Positions 1 to 8,059 of a stretch of DNA of 64,000 nt are shown here, one piece after another (position 1 is the stretch's first letter; every line of letters starts with the position of its first letter). This stretch comes from Anaerolineae bacterium (GTDB taxonomy: Bacteria > Chloroflexota > Anaerolineae > B4-G1 > SLSP01). The stretch covers positions 68,702-132,701 of the forward strand of contig JBNGCW010000006.1 in NCBI GenBank assembly GCA_049975525.1, in the 5' to 3' direction. The notes below the pieces were generated by a model. It had not been told where the DNA came from and did no database searches. It worked only from the letters and a program-made list of their open reading frames with translations. Made by a program: the position numbers and the translations under genes.

Positions 1-182
1 GGCAGCCGGGGGACTTGATCCTGGATGAGCACCCGCTGCCCGACATCAAGCCGGATCCCGCACGGGATCAGTTGCGCGTGGGGCTCTATCAGAGCGAGAC
101 GGGTGAGCACCTGCCGCTGCTGGACGCGCGCTACCAACCGGTGGCGGAGTGGGTTGAATTGCCGGTGATTCTAGCGGAATGA
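1..182 (+). CDS. 3' end of a gene (5' truncated by the window edge) whose C-terminus resembles that of the next gene; tandem paralog
   Basis: Frame 3 has no stop until TGA at 180-182. The translation ...VGLYQSETGEHLPLLDARYQPVAEWVELPVILAE is similar to the C-terminus of the 321..3815 protein (...VGWYEAETGTRLPAFDSQGE...). GC3 is high. Confidence 0.55.
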   Translation, partial: QPGDLILDEHPLPDIKPDPARDQLRVGLYQSETGEHLPLLDARYQPVAEWVELPVILAE

Positions 183-201
183 AACTAAAATGCCCCAGTC
201 C

Positions 202-223
202 CCGTCCTCGGGGACGGTTTATT
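202..223 (+). terminator. Intrinsic terminator-like hairpin with T-tract after the upstream partial gene
   Basis: CCGTCC (202-207), loop TCGG, GGACGG (212-217), followed by TTTATT. Confidence 0.45.
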
Positions 224-320
224 CGGTGAAATCTGGCTATAATGCCCCCGCGGACGGGGGCTATGAGCCTCAGGAAAGGCTTTTGACTTACCAGGACTCC
301 AAGGTGAATTTCTGCTAACT

Positions 321-3300
321 TTGAAGAGAAGTAAAAGATTCCATTGGTTTAATCTTGTAATTCTCGCGCTGGCGATAGCGCTGGCACTTGTCGCGGCTGC
401 GCCGCTCTGGGGACCGGGCATCGTCAACACGCGGGGCGGCGGCGACAGTCCCTTCCTCCTGCGGCGCACGCTAGAGATGGCGGAGAGCCTGCGCCACGGG
501 ATCTTCCCCGTCCGCTGGATGAGCCACGCAGCCTACGATCTGGGCTATCCGTTCTTCAACCACTACGCGGCGCTGCCCTACTACCTCAGCGGCGGGCTGA
601 CGGCGCTGGGTCTCTCGCCACCGGTCGCCATTCAGGCGACGCAGACGCTGGGCTTTATGCTGGCGGCGCTGACCATGCTGTTCTGGTTCCGGCGGCTTTT
701 CCAAAATCGCGTGGCGGCGCTGCTGGCGACGGCGGCCTATACCTTCGCGCCCTTTCACCTGGTCAACGTCTACGTGCGGGGCGATTCACTTTCCGAGTTC
801 TACGCTTTCGTCTGGTATCCGCTGATTCTGTGGGCGCTGGATCGGCTGGCAGCGCGCTTCACGACCCGGCGCGTGCTCGGCGCGGCGCTGGCTTACAGCG
901 CGCTGATCCTCACGCACAACGTCTCCGCTCTCATCTTCTCCCCCTTCGCCTTTCTCTATGCCCTTGTCGTGACCTGGGATCGAGCAAAGACGTCTCGCCG
1001 GCATCCGGCATCCGCCCTCGACTTTCACGTTTCACGCATCGTCCTTCCTTTTGCCCTCGGCATCTTGCTCAGCGCCTGGTTCTGGCTGCCCGCCATTGCG
1101 GAGATACGCTACGGGCAGATGGGGCCGGCGTTCACCGAGGGTTACTTCAACTACGAGAACCACTTTCGCAGCACGAACCTGGTGCAGCGCTCGTTGCGTT
1201 TCAATTATGAGATCGCGGGTCGCGTCGACGAGGCCGGGCCTTTCGCCATGGGGCTGGCGCAGGCGGGGCTGGCGCTGATAGGAAGTGTTCTTCTATCGTG
1301 GCGGGTTTTACGGCAGGCCAGAAGGCAGAGGTCAGGAGTCGAACGTAAATCCAAAATCCTCGCCCGTGAAGTCTACCTGTTGATCGGGCTTGCGCTGGCG
1401 ACGGTGATGATCACGCCCCTCTCGCGGCCGCTCTGGCGGTATCTTCCGTTGCTGGCGACGACACAGTTCCCCTGGCGCTTTCTCTCCGTCCAGGCGCTCT
1501 TCACCGCCGCCGTCAGCGGCGCGTTGGCAGACCGGAGTGGGGGCCGCCCGATCCACGTTTCAACGCTCATCGGCCTGCTTTGTACCGCCGCGCTCATTCT
1601 CTCCGCGCTGCTCTCCCTACACCCCGACCGCCTGCGCATCACGGCGGAGGACGTGACCTGGGACAACCTGCTGCTCTACGAGTCTTTCACCGGCAACATC
1701 GGCACGACCATCCGGCATGAGTATCTGCCGGCGGACGTGGTCCCGCGCCTTTACATCTCCGGGGCGGTGGTGGACGGTGTGAACAGCATGATGCCGAAGG
1801 TCGACGGTAACGCCCGGCTGCTCGCCACGCTGACGCGCCGCACGCCGGTGCAGCAGGTCTGGCGCGTGACGCTGGACCGCGCGGCGACGGTCGCCTTCCC
1901 GCTGCATTGGTGGCCCGGCTGGCAAGCGCGCATTGACGGCGAGCGCGCCGACGCCCGCCCGCTAACCGGCTCGGGGCGCCTGGCGGTGGACATGCCCGCC
2001 GGCCCGCACGTCGTGACGTTGCGCCTGCGGAATACGCCGCTGCGTACGGCCGCGTTGCTCGTCTCCGCCGCCACGCTGCTGGGCTGTGCCATCTGGCTGC
2101 TCTCCTCCGCTCCCGCTTTGTCATTTTATCCTTTGTCCTTTGTTATTTTATCCCTTGTCATTTCCATCATCCTATGTGCACTCTTTCAACAGCCCCCCAC
2201 CGCCGGGCCCGCGACGTTCTTCGACTTCGTCCAGATGCCCTATCCGCACCGGGGGCCGGTGGACTTCGGCGCGGCGCAGTTGACGACGGTGCGCGCGCCT
2301 GATACCGCTGTGCCCGGGGAGACGCTCAACATTGAGCTGGCATGGGCTGACGTGACGGCGCCGCTGACGGGCACGCTGCGCCTGGTCTCCCCGGCGACGC
2401 CGCGCCACAACGTCCCACTGACGCTGGCGGAGACGTCCTTCGCCGTGAAGGCGGTGCAGACGGCAAGGCTGGCGCTGCCGGGGGATCTGGCGCGCGGCCT
2501 CTATCTGCTGCAACTGCGCGTCCACGACGATGCCGAGGAGCGCTTTGGACAGACGGCGCAGGGGCGGGGGATGGGAGCGTTTTACATCGGGGCGGTGCGC
2601 GTGCCGGGAGGGCCGCCGCTGCCGGCGGACGCGCCGCAGGTCGCGGCGCTGGGCGACGGTGCGCTGACGCTGCACGCCGTCGAGGCCCACCAGGTGGACC
2701 CCCGCACGCTGGCTCTCGCCTTCACCTGGTCGACGAGGGGGACGCCGCGCAACTGGAGTCTTTCGCTGCGCCTGCGCGATGCGACGGGCCGGCAGCTGGT
2801 GCAGATGGATCTGCAGCCGGGCTACGGGTATCTGCCCACGACGCTCTGGACGCCCGGCGAGCAGGTGGTGGATCATCTGCGGATGCCGCTGCCGGAAGGG
2901 CTGGCGCCGGGCGCTTACACGCTTTCCGTGATCACTTATCTGCAGGCGACGATGCAGGAAGGCGGCGAGGTGGACGTGCCCGTTCGGCTGACGGATGCCA
3001 CGCGGCGGGAGCCGCCCGACACGGCGATCTGTGAGGCCGGTGGTCTGCGTCTCACCGAGGTGCGGCTACCCGACGCGGTAGACGAGGGTGAAGCGCTGAC
3101 GTTCGACGCGGTCTGGAGCGCGGTTGAGGTGCCGGAGGTGGCGCTGACGGCGCGCTGGGAGGTGTTGAACGGGCTGGGGAAGGTGGTCGCCTCGCAGGAG
3201 GGAGCGGTGGCGCCCGGATCAGAGACGTCGCTCTGGCCGAAACACGCCTGGGTGCGCGCGCCGGTGCGATTGGAGATGCCGCCGTCGTTGCCCCATTCCC

Positions 3301-3815
3301 CTTATCGTCTGCAGTTGACGTTGCTGGCGGAGGGGAAAGCCCCGGTGACCTGTTCTGTGGTCGAGGGGCTGCCCATCGTCGCCCGCGAGCGCGTCTTCGA
3401 GCCGCCCCCTTTGCCCTTCGCCCAGGAAGCGTTCTTTGGCGAGGTTTTGCGGCTTTTGGGATACGACCTTGTGTCCCAAAAAAATGAAATCCGCCTGACG
3501 CTTTGGTGGCAGGCTGTGCAGACTCCCGCTCGGGACTATAAGCGCTTTGTCCATCTCTACGATGTGGACAGTGGGGTTGTGTTGGCGCAGGACGATGCTA
3601 TGCCGCGCGATTGGACGTATCCCACCGGTGCCTGGGTCGCCGGGGAGGTGGTCAGTGAGACGGTGACGCTGACGACGGAGGGGATTCCGCCCGGCGAGTA
3701 TCGGCTGGGCGTGGGCTGGTACGAAGCAGAGACGGGTACCCGGCTGCCCGCTTTCGATAGTCAGGGTGAGCGGATTCCTGAAGATCGGGTGATGTTGGCA
3801 TGGGGTCCTTATTAA
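321..3815 (+). CDS. Large polytopic membrane protein, GT-C-fold-like putative glycosyltransferase. N-terminal multi-TM domain and about 800 aa of extracytoplasmic repeated beta-rich domains.
   Basis: 1164-aa ORF with a TTG start. The N-terminus holds many hydrophobic helices (MKRSKRFHWFNLVILALAIALALV..., FPVRWMSHAAYDLGYPFFNHYAALPYYL) typical of GT-C/PMT/ArnT-like transferases. The C-terminal part contains three related repeats (LTLAETSFAVKAV..., WSLSLRLRDATGRQLV..., LTLWWQAVQTPARDYKRF...). The exact family is not resolved. Confidence 0.7.
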   Translation: MKRSKRFHWFNLVILALAIALALVAAAPLWGPGIVNTRGGGDSPFLLRRTLEMAESLRHGIFPVRWMSHAAYDLGYPFFNHYAALPYYLSGGLTALGLSPPVAIQATQTLGFMLAALTMLFWFRRLFQNRVAALLATAAYTFAPFHLVNVYVRGDSLSEFYAFVWYPLILWALDRLAARFTTRRVLGAALAYSALILTHNVSALIFSPFAFLYALVVTWDRAKTSRRHPASALDFHVSRIVLPFALGILLSAWFWLPAIAEIRYGQMGPAFTEGYFNYENHFRSTNLVQRSLRFNYEIAGRVDEAGPFAMGLAQAGLALIGSVLLSWRVLRQARRQRSGVERKSKILAREVYLLIGLALATVMITPLSRPLWRYLPLLATTQFPWRFLSVQALFTAAVSGALADRSGGRPIHVSTLIGLLCTAALILSALLSLHPDRLRITAEDVTWDNLLLYESFTGNIGTTIRHEYLPADVVPRLYISGAVVDGVNSMMPKVDGNARLLATLTRRTPVQQVWRVTLDRAATVAFPLHWWPGWQARIDGERADARPLTGSGRLAVDMPAGPHVVTLRLRNTPLRTAALLVSAATLLGCAIWLLSSAPALSFYPLSFVILSLVISIILCALFQQPPTAGPATFFDFVQMPYPHRGPVDFGAAQLTTVRAPDTAVPGETLNIELAWADVTAPLTGTLRLVSPATPRHNVPLTLAETSFAVKAVQTARLALPGDLARGLYLLQLRVHDDAEERFGQTAQGRGMGAFYIGAVRVPGGPPLPADAPQVAALGDGALTLHAVEAHQVDPRTLALAFTWSTRGTPRNWSLSLRLRDATGRQLVQMDLQPGYGYLPTTLWTPGEQVVDHLRMPLPEGLAPGAYTLSVITYLQATMQEGGEVDVPVRLTDATRREPPDTAICEAGGLRLTEVRLPDAVDEGEALTFDAVWSAVEVPEVALTARWEVLNGLGKVVASQEGAVAPGSETSLWPKHAWVRAPVRLEMPPSLPHSPYRLQLTLLAEGKAPVTCSVVEGLPIVARERVFEPPPLPFAQEAFFGEVLRLLGYDLVSQKNEIRLTLWWQAVQTPARDYKRFVHLYDVDSGVVLAQDDAMPRDWTYPTGAWVAGEVVSETVTLTTEGIPPGEYRLGVGWYEAETGTRLPAFDSQGERIPEDRVMLAWGPY
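2101..2170 (+). repeat. AT-rich imperfect tandem repeat (TTTGTCATTTTATCC-like units) embedded in the high-GC ORF; it encodes a TM helix
   Basis: ctttgtcattttatcctttgtcctttgttattttatcccttgtcatttcc is read directly from the sequence and translates to ALSFYPLSFVILSLVISIIL. Confidence 0.5.
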
Positions 3816-3818
3816 GTG

Positions 3819-3846
3819 TTGTATCTTGTTTTAAATCCGTTATAAT
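3819..3846 (+). promoter_or_regulatory. Sigma70-like promoter (TTGTAT-N16-TATAAT) upstream of degV-like gene with a roughly 200-nt leader
   Basis: ttgtat (3819-3824), 16-nt spacer, tataat (3841-3846) in an AT-rich intergenic stretch right after the stop of the 321..3815 gene. Confidence 0.4.
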
Positions 3847-4049
3847 GAGCGATGTTTATTGCCGGCAGGTTGGAGGGTGCGTGATGTTGCTATTATTTTC
3901 CGTTGCTGTATTTTCCATGGCAGAGAATGTCAGTGGTGGCAAGGGGCTGTGGGGGCCGGGGGCTGTGGAGGGCCGGACCTGCAGCAGAACTCAACATCGA
4001 GGTTATCCCCTCCCCTGCGGTGTCGATTTATCTAGGCAAGGGAGGTATC

Positions 4050-4883
4050 ATGATTCACCTGGTGACGGATACGACGGCGTATTTGCCTGAGCAGTTGGAG
4101 AGGCGTTGGCAGATTCAGAAGGTACCGCTGAAAATTAACGTCGATTATGAGGCGGTGGACGAGGATAAAATCGCGCCGGAGGTTTTTTACCGACGGTTGG
4201 CCAGGGTGGAGACGGCACCCAGTACCAGTCAGCCGGCGCCGGGCGAGTTTATGACGCTTTACGAAGCGCTGACACGCAACGGTGATGAGGTGCTTTCGGT
4301 TCACATCTCTGAGGGGTTGAGCGGCACGCCGCTGGTGGCGCAGATGGCGGCCCGCGAGGTGGCACCGGATCGGATCACGGTGGTCGATTCCCAGGCGACG
4401 ACGTGCGCGCTGGCCCTGATGGTTGAGGCGGCTGCGCAGGCGTTGGCAAACGGCGCCTCGCGTGCCGAAGCCGCCGCCGTGGTTGAGGGTATTCGGGCAC
4501 GTTTCGGTAGTGCGTTTCTGGTGGAGGATCTGGAGTATCTGCGCAAGGGAGGGCGGATCAACGGCGCGGCCAAGTTTCTGGGCGCGATGCTCAACGTGCG
4601 GCCCATTCTCTATCTGAAGGAGGGGAAGATCGAGCCACTGGGCTTGGCCCGCACGCGCAAGCGGGGCCTCCGCCAGCTGGTGCAAGAGGTGCGGAAGCAG
4701 GTGGGCGAGGGGCCTGTCCGCGCGGCGGTGACGCACATCCAGTGCCCCGAGGAGGCCCAGGCGCTGGCGGAGCAGGCCCGTGCGCAGTTGAACTGTGTGG
4801 AGCTTTTTATCAATGAGACCGGGCCGGTGATCGGGTCGCACGTGGGGCCGGGCTTCATCGGATTGGCTGCGTATCCGGTATAG
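4050..4883 (+). CDS. DegV family (EDD-fold) fatty-acid-binding protein
   Basis: MIHLVTDTTAYLPEQ... has typical DegV N-terminal and internal motifs. RBS GGGAGGT lies 5 nt upstream of the ATG at 4050. The ORF-track start at 3903 lacks an RBS. Confidence 0.8.
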   Translation: MIHLVTDTTAYLPEQLERRWQIQKVPLKINVDYEAVDEDKIAPEVFYRRLARVETAPSTSQPAPGEFMTLYEALTRNGDEVLSVHISEGLSGTPLVAQMAAREVAPDRITVVDSQATTCALALMVEAAAQALANGASRAEAAAVVEGIRARFGSAFLVEDLEYLRKGGRINGAAKFLGAMLNVRPILYLKEGKIEPLGLARTRKRGLRQLVQEVRKQVGEGPVRAAVTHIQCPEEAQALAEQARAQLNCVELFINETGPVIGSHVGPGFIGLAAYPV

Positions 4884-4982
4884 GTGTCACCTTCCCGGAG
4901 GAGAGCCAACCTTCTTCCAAAGTGATAGGTGGCCGGTTTTCCCAGAAGGTTGGCTTTTAAGTTGCGAGTGCAAAGAGGTGTT

Positions 4983-5537
4983 ATGAGCGAGAATAACAGG
5001 CCGTTGGCGATTGTGTTCGGCAGTTCGCGGACGAAAGACAACGGGCATCTGAACGACGCGGAGTGCTTGGGTCGCTTGTTGGTCGAAGCGGGCTACGATG
5101 TGGGCAGCGGCGGTTACAGCGCTGTGATGGATCGCGTGAGCAAGGGTGCCCACGAGGCCGGAGGGTACGTCGTGGGCTACACGACGGACCAGTTTCCTGA
5201 CGCTGTGCCGTCGCGGTGGCTGACTGAGGAGCGTCGCACGCCCGACGTGCTGCTCCGCATCCGGCGTATGTTGCAGGAAGGCGATGCCTTTATCGCTCTT
5301 TGGGGTGGTATCGGCACGTTGACGGAGGTGGTCGTCACCTGGAGTATGGGGCAGGTACTGGCCGACACCGGTGGGCGCGTCAAGCCGCTGCTGTTGGTGG
5401 GTGCGCACTGGCCCCCGCTGGTCAGGTGTATCGGCGAGCAGACGGAGATCGGCGACGGGGTGCTGGCCTATCCGCAGCTCTGTGCTACGGTGGAAGAGGC
5501 CGTGGTCAGGTTGCGCGACCTTCGAGAAGAGGAGTAG
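4983..5537 (+). CDS. LOG family protein (TIGR00730 Rossmann-fold nucleotide-binding, cytokinin riboside 5'-monophosphate phosphoribohydrolase-like)
   Basis: MSENNRPLAIVFGSSR...GSGGYSAVMDRVSKGAHEAGGYVVGY...ALWGGIGTLTEV matches the LOG signature (PGGxGTxxE-like). The start is chosen at the internal ATG 4983. Confidence 0.75.
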   Translation: MSENNRPLAIVFGSSRTKDNGHLNDAECLGRLLVEAGYDVGSGGYSAVMDRVSKGAHEAGGYVVGYTTDQFPDAVPSRWLTEERRTPDVLLRIRRMLQEGDAFIALWGGIGTLTEVVVTWSMGQVLADTGGRVKPLLLVGAHWPPLVRCIGEQTEIGDGVLAYPQLCATVEEAVVRLRDLREEE

Positions 5538-5541
5538 CGCC

Positions 5542-6867
5542 ATGCCCAATGCGACGTATCACTTTCCGCCGGATTTCAAATGGGGCGTGGCGACGGCCTC
5601 GCATCAGGTCGAAGGGAACAACGAGAACAATCAATGGTGGGCCTGGGAGCAGCAGGAGGGGCGTATCAAGCAGGGACACACTTCGGGCCTGGCCTGCGAC
5701 TGGTGGGAGAACGCCGAGGCGGATTTTGATCGCGCCGCCGATATGGGTCTGAACGCGCTGCGGCTTTCTATCGAGTGGAGTCGGGTGGAGCCGGAGCCGG
5801 GGGCCTTCGACAACGCGGCGTTGGAGCGTTACCGTGAGATGCTCCAGGGGCTGCGAGCGCGTGGCATCGAGCCTATGGTGACGCTACATCATTTTTCCAA
5901 TCCGCTCTGGCTGGAGCAGCAGGGTGGTTGGGAGAACGTGGGCACCATCGCTTATTTCACCCGTTACGTGGAGCGAGTGGTGCGCGCGCTGAGCGAGGAG
6001 ACGCGGCTCTGGTGCACCGTCAACGAGCCCAATGTCTACGCCACCATGGGCTATCTCACAGGGCTCTTCCCGCCCGGCCAGCGAAGCCTCAAGGCCACGC
6101 GGACGGTGCTCCGTAACCTGCTCAGGGCGCACGGCGCAGCCTATCGCGCCATCCATCGCATCCAGCCGGCGGCGAAGGTGGGGCTGGCGCACAACCTGCG
6201 CATTTTCGACCCCGCCAATCCCCGCTCGCTCCTGGATGGGCTGGTGGCGCGCATTCAGGACCTGGGGTACAACCGGAGCACGCTCAGCGCGGTGTGGAAA
6301 GGGTGGTGGGCGCTGCCCATCGGCTTTGGACCGGCCTTCAAGTTGCGCCGCACGTTGGATTGGATCGGCTTAAATTACTACACGCGCGACCTGGTCGCTT
6401 TTGACAGCGGCGCCCATGAGATGCTCTTCGGGCGCGCCACGCACGCCGGCGACGCCGAGATGTTGGACGGCGGCTACGGCGAGCTCTATCCCGAAGGTAT
6501 GGCCCGCGCGCTGAGGCGCCTGGGAAAGCTGGGCCTCCCCATCTACGTCACCGAGAACGGCATTCCCGACAGCGACGACGACCAGCGTCCCCGCGCACTG
6601 CTGCTCCATCTGCATCAGATGTGGCGCGTCATGCAAGAGAATCTACCGCTGCAGGGTTACTATCACTGGACGCTGGTGGACAACTTCGAGTGGGCGGAGG
6701 GCTGGACGCTGCGCTTCGGCCTGATTGCCCTGGATCCGGAGACGCAGGAGCGCATGCGGCGGCCCAGCGCCGACCTCTACGCTGCGATTGCGCGGGGAGG
6801 CGCCATCACGCCGGAGCTGATCGACACTTACGCACCGGAAGCCCGTCCTCTGCTGTTGCCGGAGTGA
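5542..6867 (+). CDS. bglA: GH1 family beta-glucosidase
   Basis: MPNATYHFPPDFKWGVATASHQVEGNN...TVNEPN...ITENGIPD are classic GH1 motifs, including both catalytic Glu contexts (NEP, ENG). RBS GAGGAG sits upstream of the ATG at 5542. Confidence 0.88.
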   Translation: MPNATYHFPPDFKWGVATASHQVEGNNENNQWWAWEQQEGRIKQGHTSGLACDWWENAEADFDRAADMGLNALRLSIEWSRVEPEPGAFDNAALERYREMLQGLRARGIEPMVTLHHFSNPLWLEQQGGWENVGTIAYFTRYVERVVRALSEETRLWCTVNEPNVYATMGYLTGLFPPGQRSLKATRTVLRNLLRAHGAAYRAIHRIQPAAKVGLAHNLRIFDPANPRSLLDGLVARIQDLGYNRSTLSAVWKGWWALPIGFGPAFKLRRTLDWIGLNYYTRDLVAFDSGAHEMLFGRATHAGDAEMLDGGYGELYPEGMARALRRLGKLGLPIYVTENGIPDSDDDQRPRALLLHLHQMWRVMQENLPLQGYYHWTLVDNFEWAEGWTLRFGLIALDPETQERMRRPSADLYAAIARGGAITPELIDTYAPEARPLLLPE

Positions 6868-6873
6868 CGCCAG

Positions 6874-7935
6874 ATGAAGACATCGGCCCTTGACTACGAC
6901 CTGCCTGAAGAGCTGATCGCGCAGGTGGGCGTGGAGCCGCGCGACGCCTCGCGCCTGCTGGTTATCTACCGCGAGACGGGCGAACTGGAGCACCGTATCT
7001 TCCGCGAGATCGGCGACTATCTGCGTCCCGGTGATCTGCTCGTCGCCAACGAGAGCCGCGTGATCCCCGCGCGCCTCTTCGCCCGCAAAGTCCCCACCGG
7101 GGGCAGAGTGGAGATCCTGCTGTTGCGTCGGATTGAGGAGGGACGCTGGCGCGGGCTGATGGGCGGCGCGCGGACGCGTGTCGGCACCCGTGTGCGCCTC
7201 TTCAAGGGGGACGAGCCCACGGAGATCGAAGCCGAGGTAGTCGAAGTGGGCGGGCGCGGCGAGCGCGTGCTGGCCTTCTCCGAGCCGTTGGCGCCGCATC
7301 TGGACGACCTGGGTGCAGTTCCCCTGCCGCCGTACATCCATGAAGAGCTGAAGGATCCGGAGCGCTACCAGACGGTCTACGCGCAGACGCCGGGCAGCGC
7401 CGCCGCGCCGACGGCGGGCCTGCACTTTACACCGGCGTTGATGCTGGAGCTGCGCGAAGCCGGCGTCAAGTTCGCCTTCGTCACGCTCCACGTGGGATTG
7501 GACACCTTCCGCCCTATCGAAGAGGAGACCGTCGAGGGGCATGAGATTCACAGCGAGTGGGCGCGTCTCTCGCCCCACGTCGCCGAGCAGATCAACCAGA
7601 CCAAGGTGAGGGGTGGACGCGTCATCGCCGTGGGGACGACGAGCATGCGTGTGCTGGAGACGGCGGCGCGCAGCGGGCTTTTTCAATCGGAGACGGAGAG
7701 CTGTCCCTGGCGCGCCGTCGCGCCCTACGAGGGCTTCACCGACCTCTATATCACGCCGGGTTTTGAGTTTCGCGTGGTGGACGCGCTGATCACCAACTTC
7801 CACCTGCCCCGCAGTTCACTGCTGGCGTTGGTGATGGCCTTCGCGGGGGTGGATCTCGTCCGCAAAGCCTACGTGACGGCGATAGAAAAACGCTATCGCT
7901 TCTACTCGCTGGGCGACGCCTGTTTGTTCCTCTGA
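6874..7935 (+). CDS. queA: S-adenosylmethionine:tRNA ribosyltransferase-isomerase (queuosine biosynthesis)
   Basis: MKTSALDYDLPEELIAQ...RDASRLLV...VANESRVIPARL...[15 protein letters not shown] is QueA signature sequence throughout. Confidence 0.9.
   Translation: MKTSALDYDLPEELIAQVGVEPRDASRLLVIYRETGELEHRIFREIGDYLRPGDLLVANESRVIPARLFARKVPTGGRVEILLLRRIEEGRWRGLMGGARTRVGTRVRLFKGDEPTEIEAEVVEVGGRGERVLAFSEPLAPHLDDLGAVPLPPYIHEELKDPERYQTVYAQTPGSAAAPTAGLHFTPALMLELREAGVKFAFVTLHVGLDTFRPIEEETVEGHEIHSEWARLSPHVAEQINQTKVRGGRVIAVGTTSMRVLETAARSGLFQSETESCPWRAVAPYEGFTDLYITPGFEFRVVDALITNFHLPRSSLLALVMAFAGVDLVRKAYVTAIEKRYRFYSLGDACLFL
7776..7935 (+). repeat. Direct repeat copy 1 (3' end of queA); it is duplicated at 9695..9854
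   Basis: About 160 bp with about 96% identity to 9695..9854, read directly from the sequence. Confidence 0.85.
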
Positions 7936-7990
7936 GGCGCTTATCCAGTATCCGGCAACCGGATTTCGTCCCTTACTTCTCTCCTATTGC

Positions 7991-8018
7991 TTGACCCCCG
8001 ATCATTGGGGTAAAATAT
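7991..8018 (+). promoter_or_regulatory. Promoter-like element (TTGACC ... TAAAAT) in the AT-rich region upstream of the cassette gene
   Basis: ttgacc at 7991-7996, taaaat at 8011-8016 (short 14-nt spacer; alternative -10 candidates nearby). Strong RBS AGGAG at 8047-8051. Confidence 0.3.
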
Positions 8019-8059
8019 AGGTTAGAACATAATCGGGCGCACAATAAGGAGTCAGGAGC

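Noticed and set aside
245-262. GCCCCCG-CGGA-CGGGGGC hairpin
   Set aside because: It is a stable stem but has no following T-tract. The adjacent hairpin at 202-223 is the better terminator candidate.
185-469. 94-aa minus-strand ORF overlapping the start of the large membrane protein gene
   Set aside because: It is antisense to a well-supported gene and intergenic terminator. High GC makes long spurious ORFs common. It has no RBS and an Arg/Pro-rich junk composition.
2172-2876. 234-aa minus-strand ORF inside the 321..3815 gene
   Set aside because: It is fully embedded antisense to a strongly supported CDS. Its Arg-rich low-complexity translation is typical of GC-rich antisense frames.
3800-4090. 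96-aa ORF spanning the degV leader
   Set aside because: It starts inside the previous gene's 3' end, has no RBS and is Gly/Val low-complexity. It is more likely untranslated leader.
4032-4841. 269-aa minus-strand ORF antisense to degV
   Set aside because: It is antisense to a gene with clear DegV homology, and its Arg/Leu/His-rich composition points to an artefact.
6643-7803. 386-aa minus-strand ORF antisense to queA
   Set aside because: QueA homology on the plus strand is unambiguous, and the antisense product is Arg/Ala-rich with no motif.
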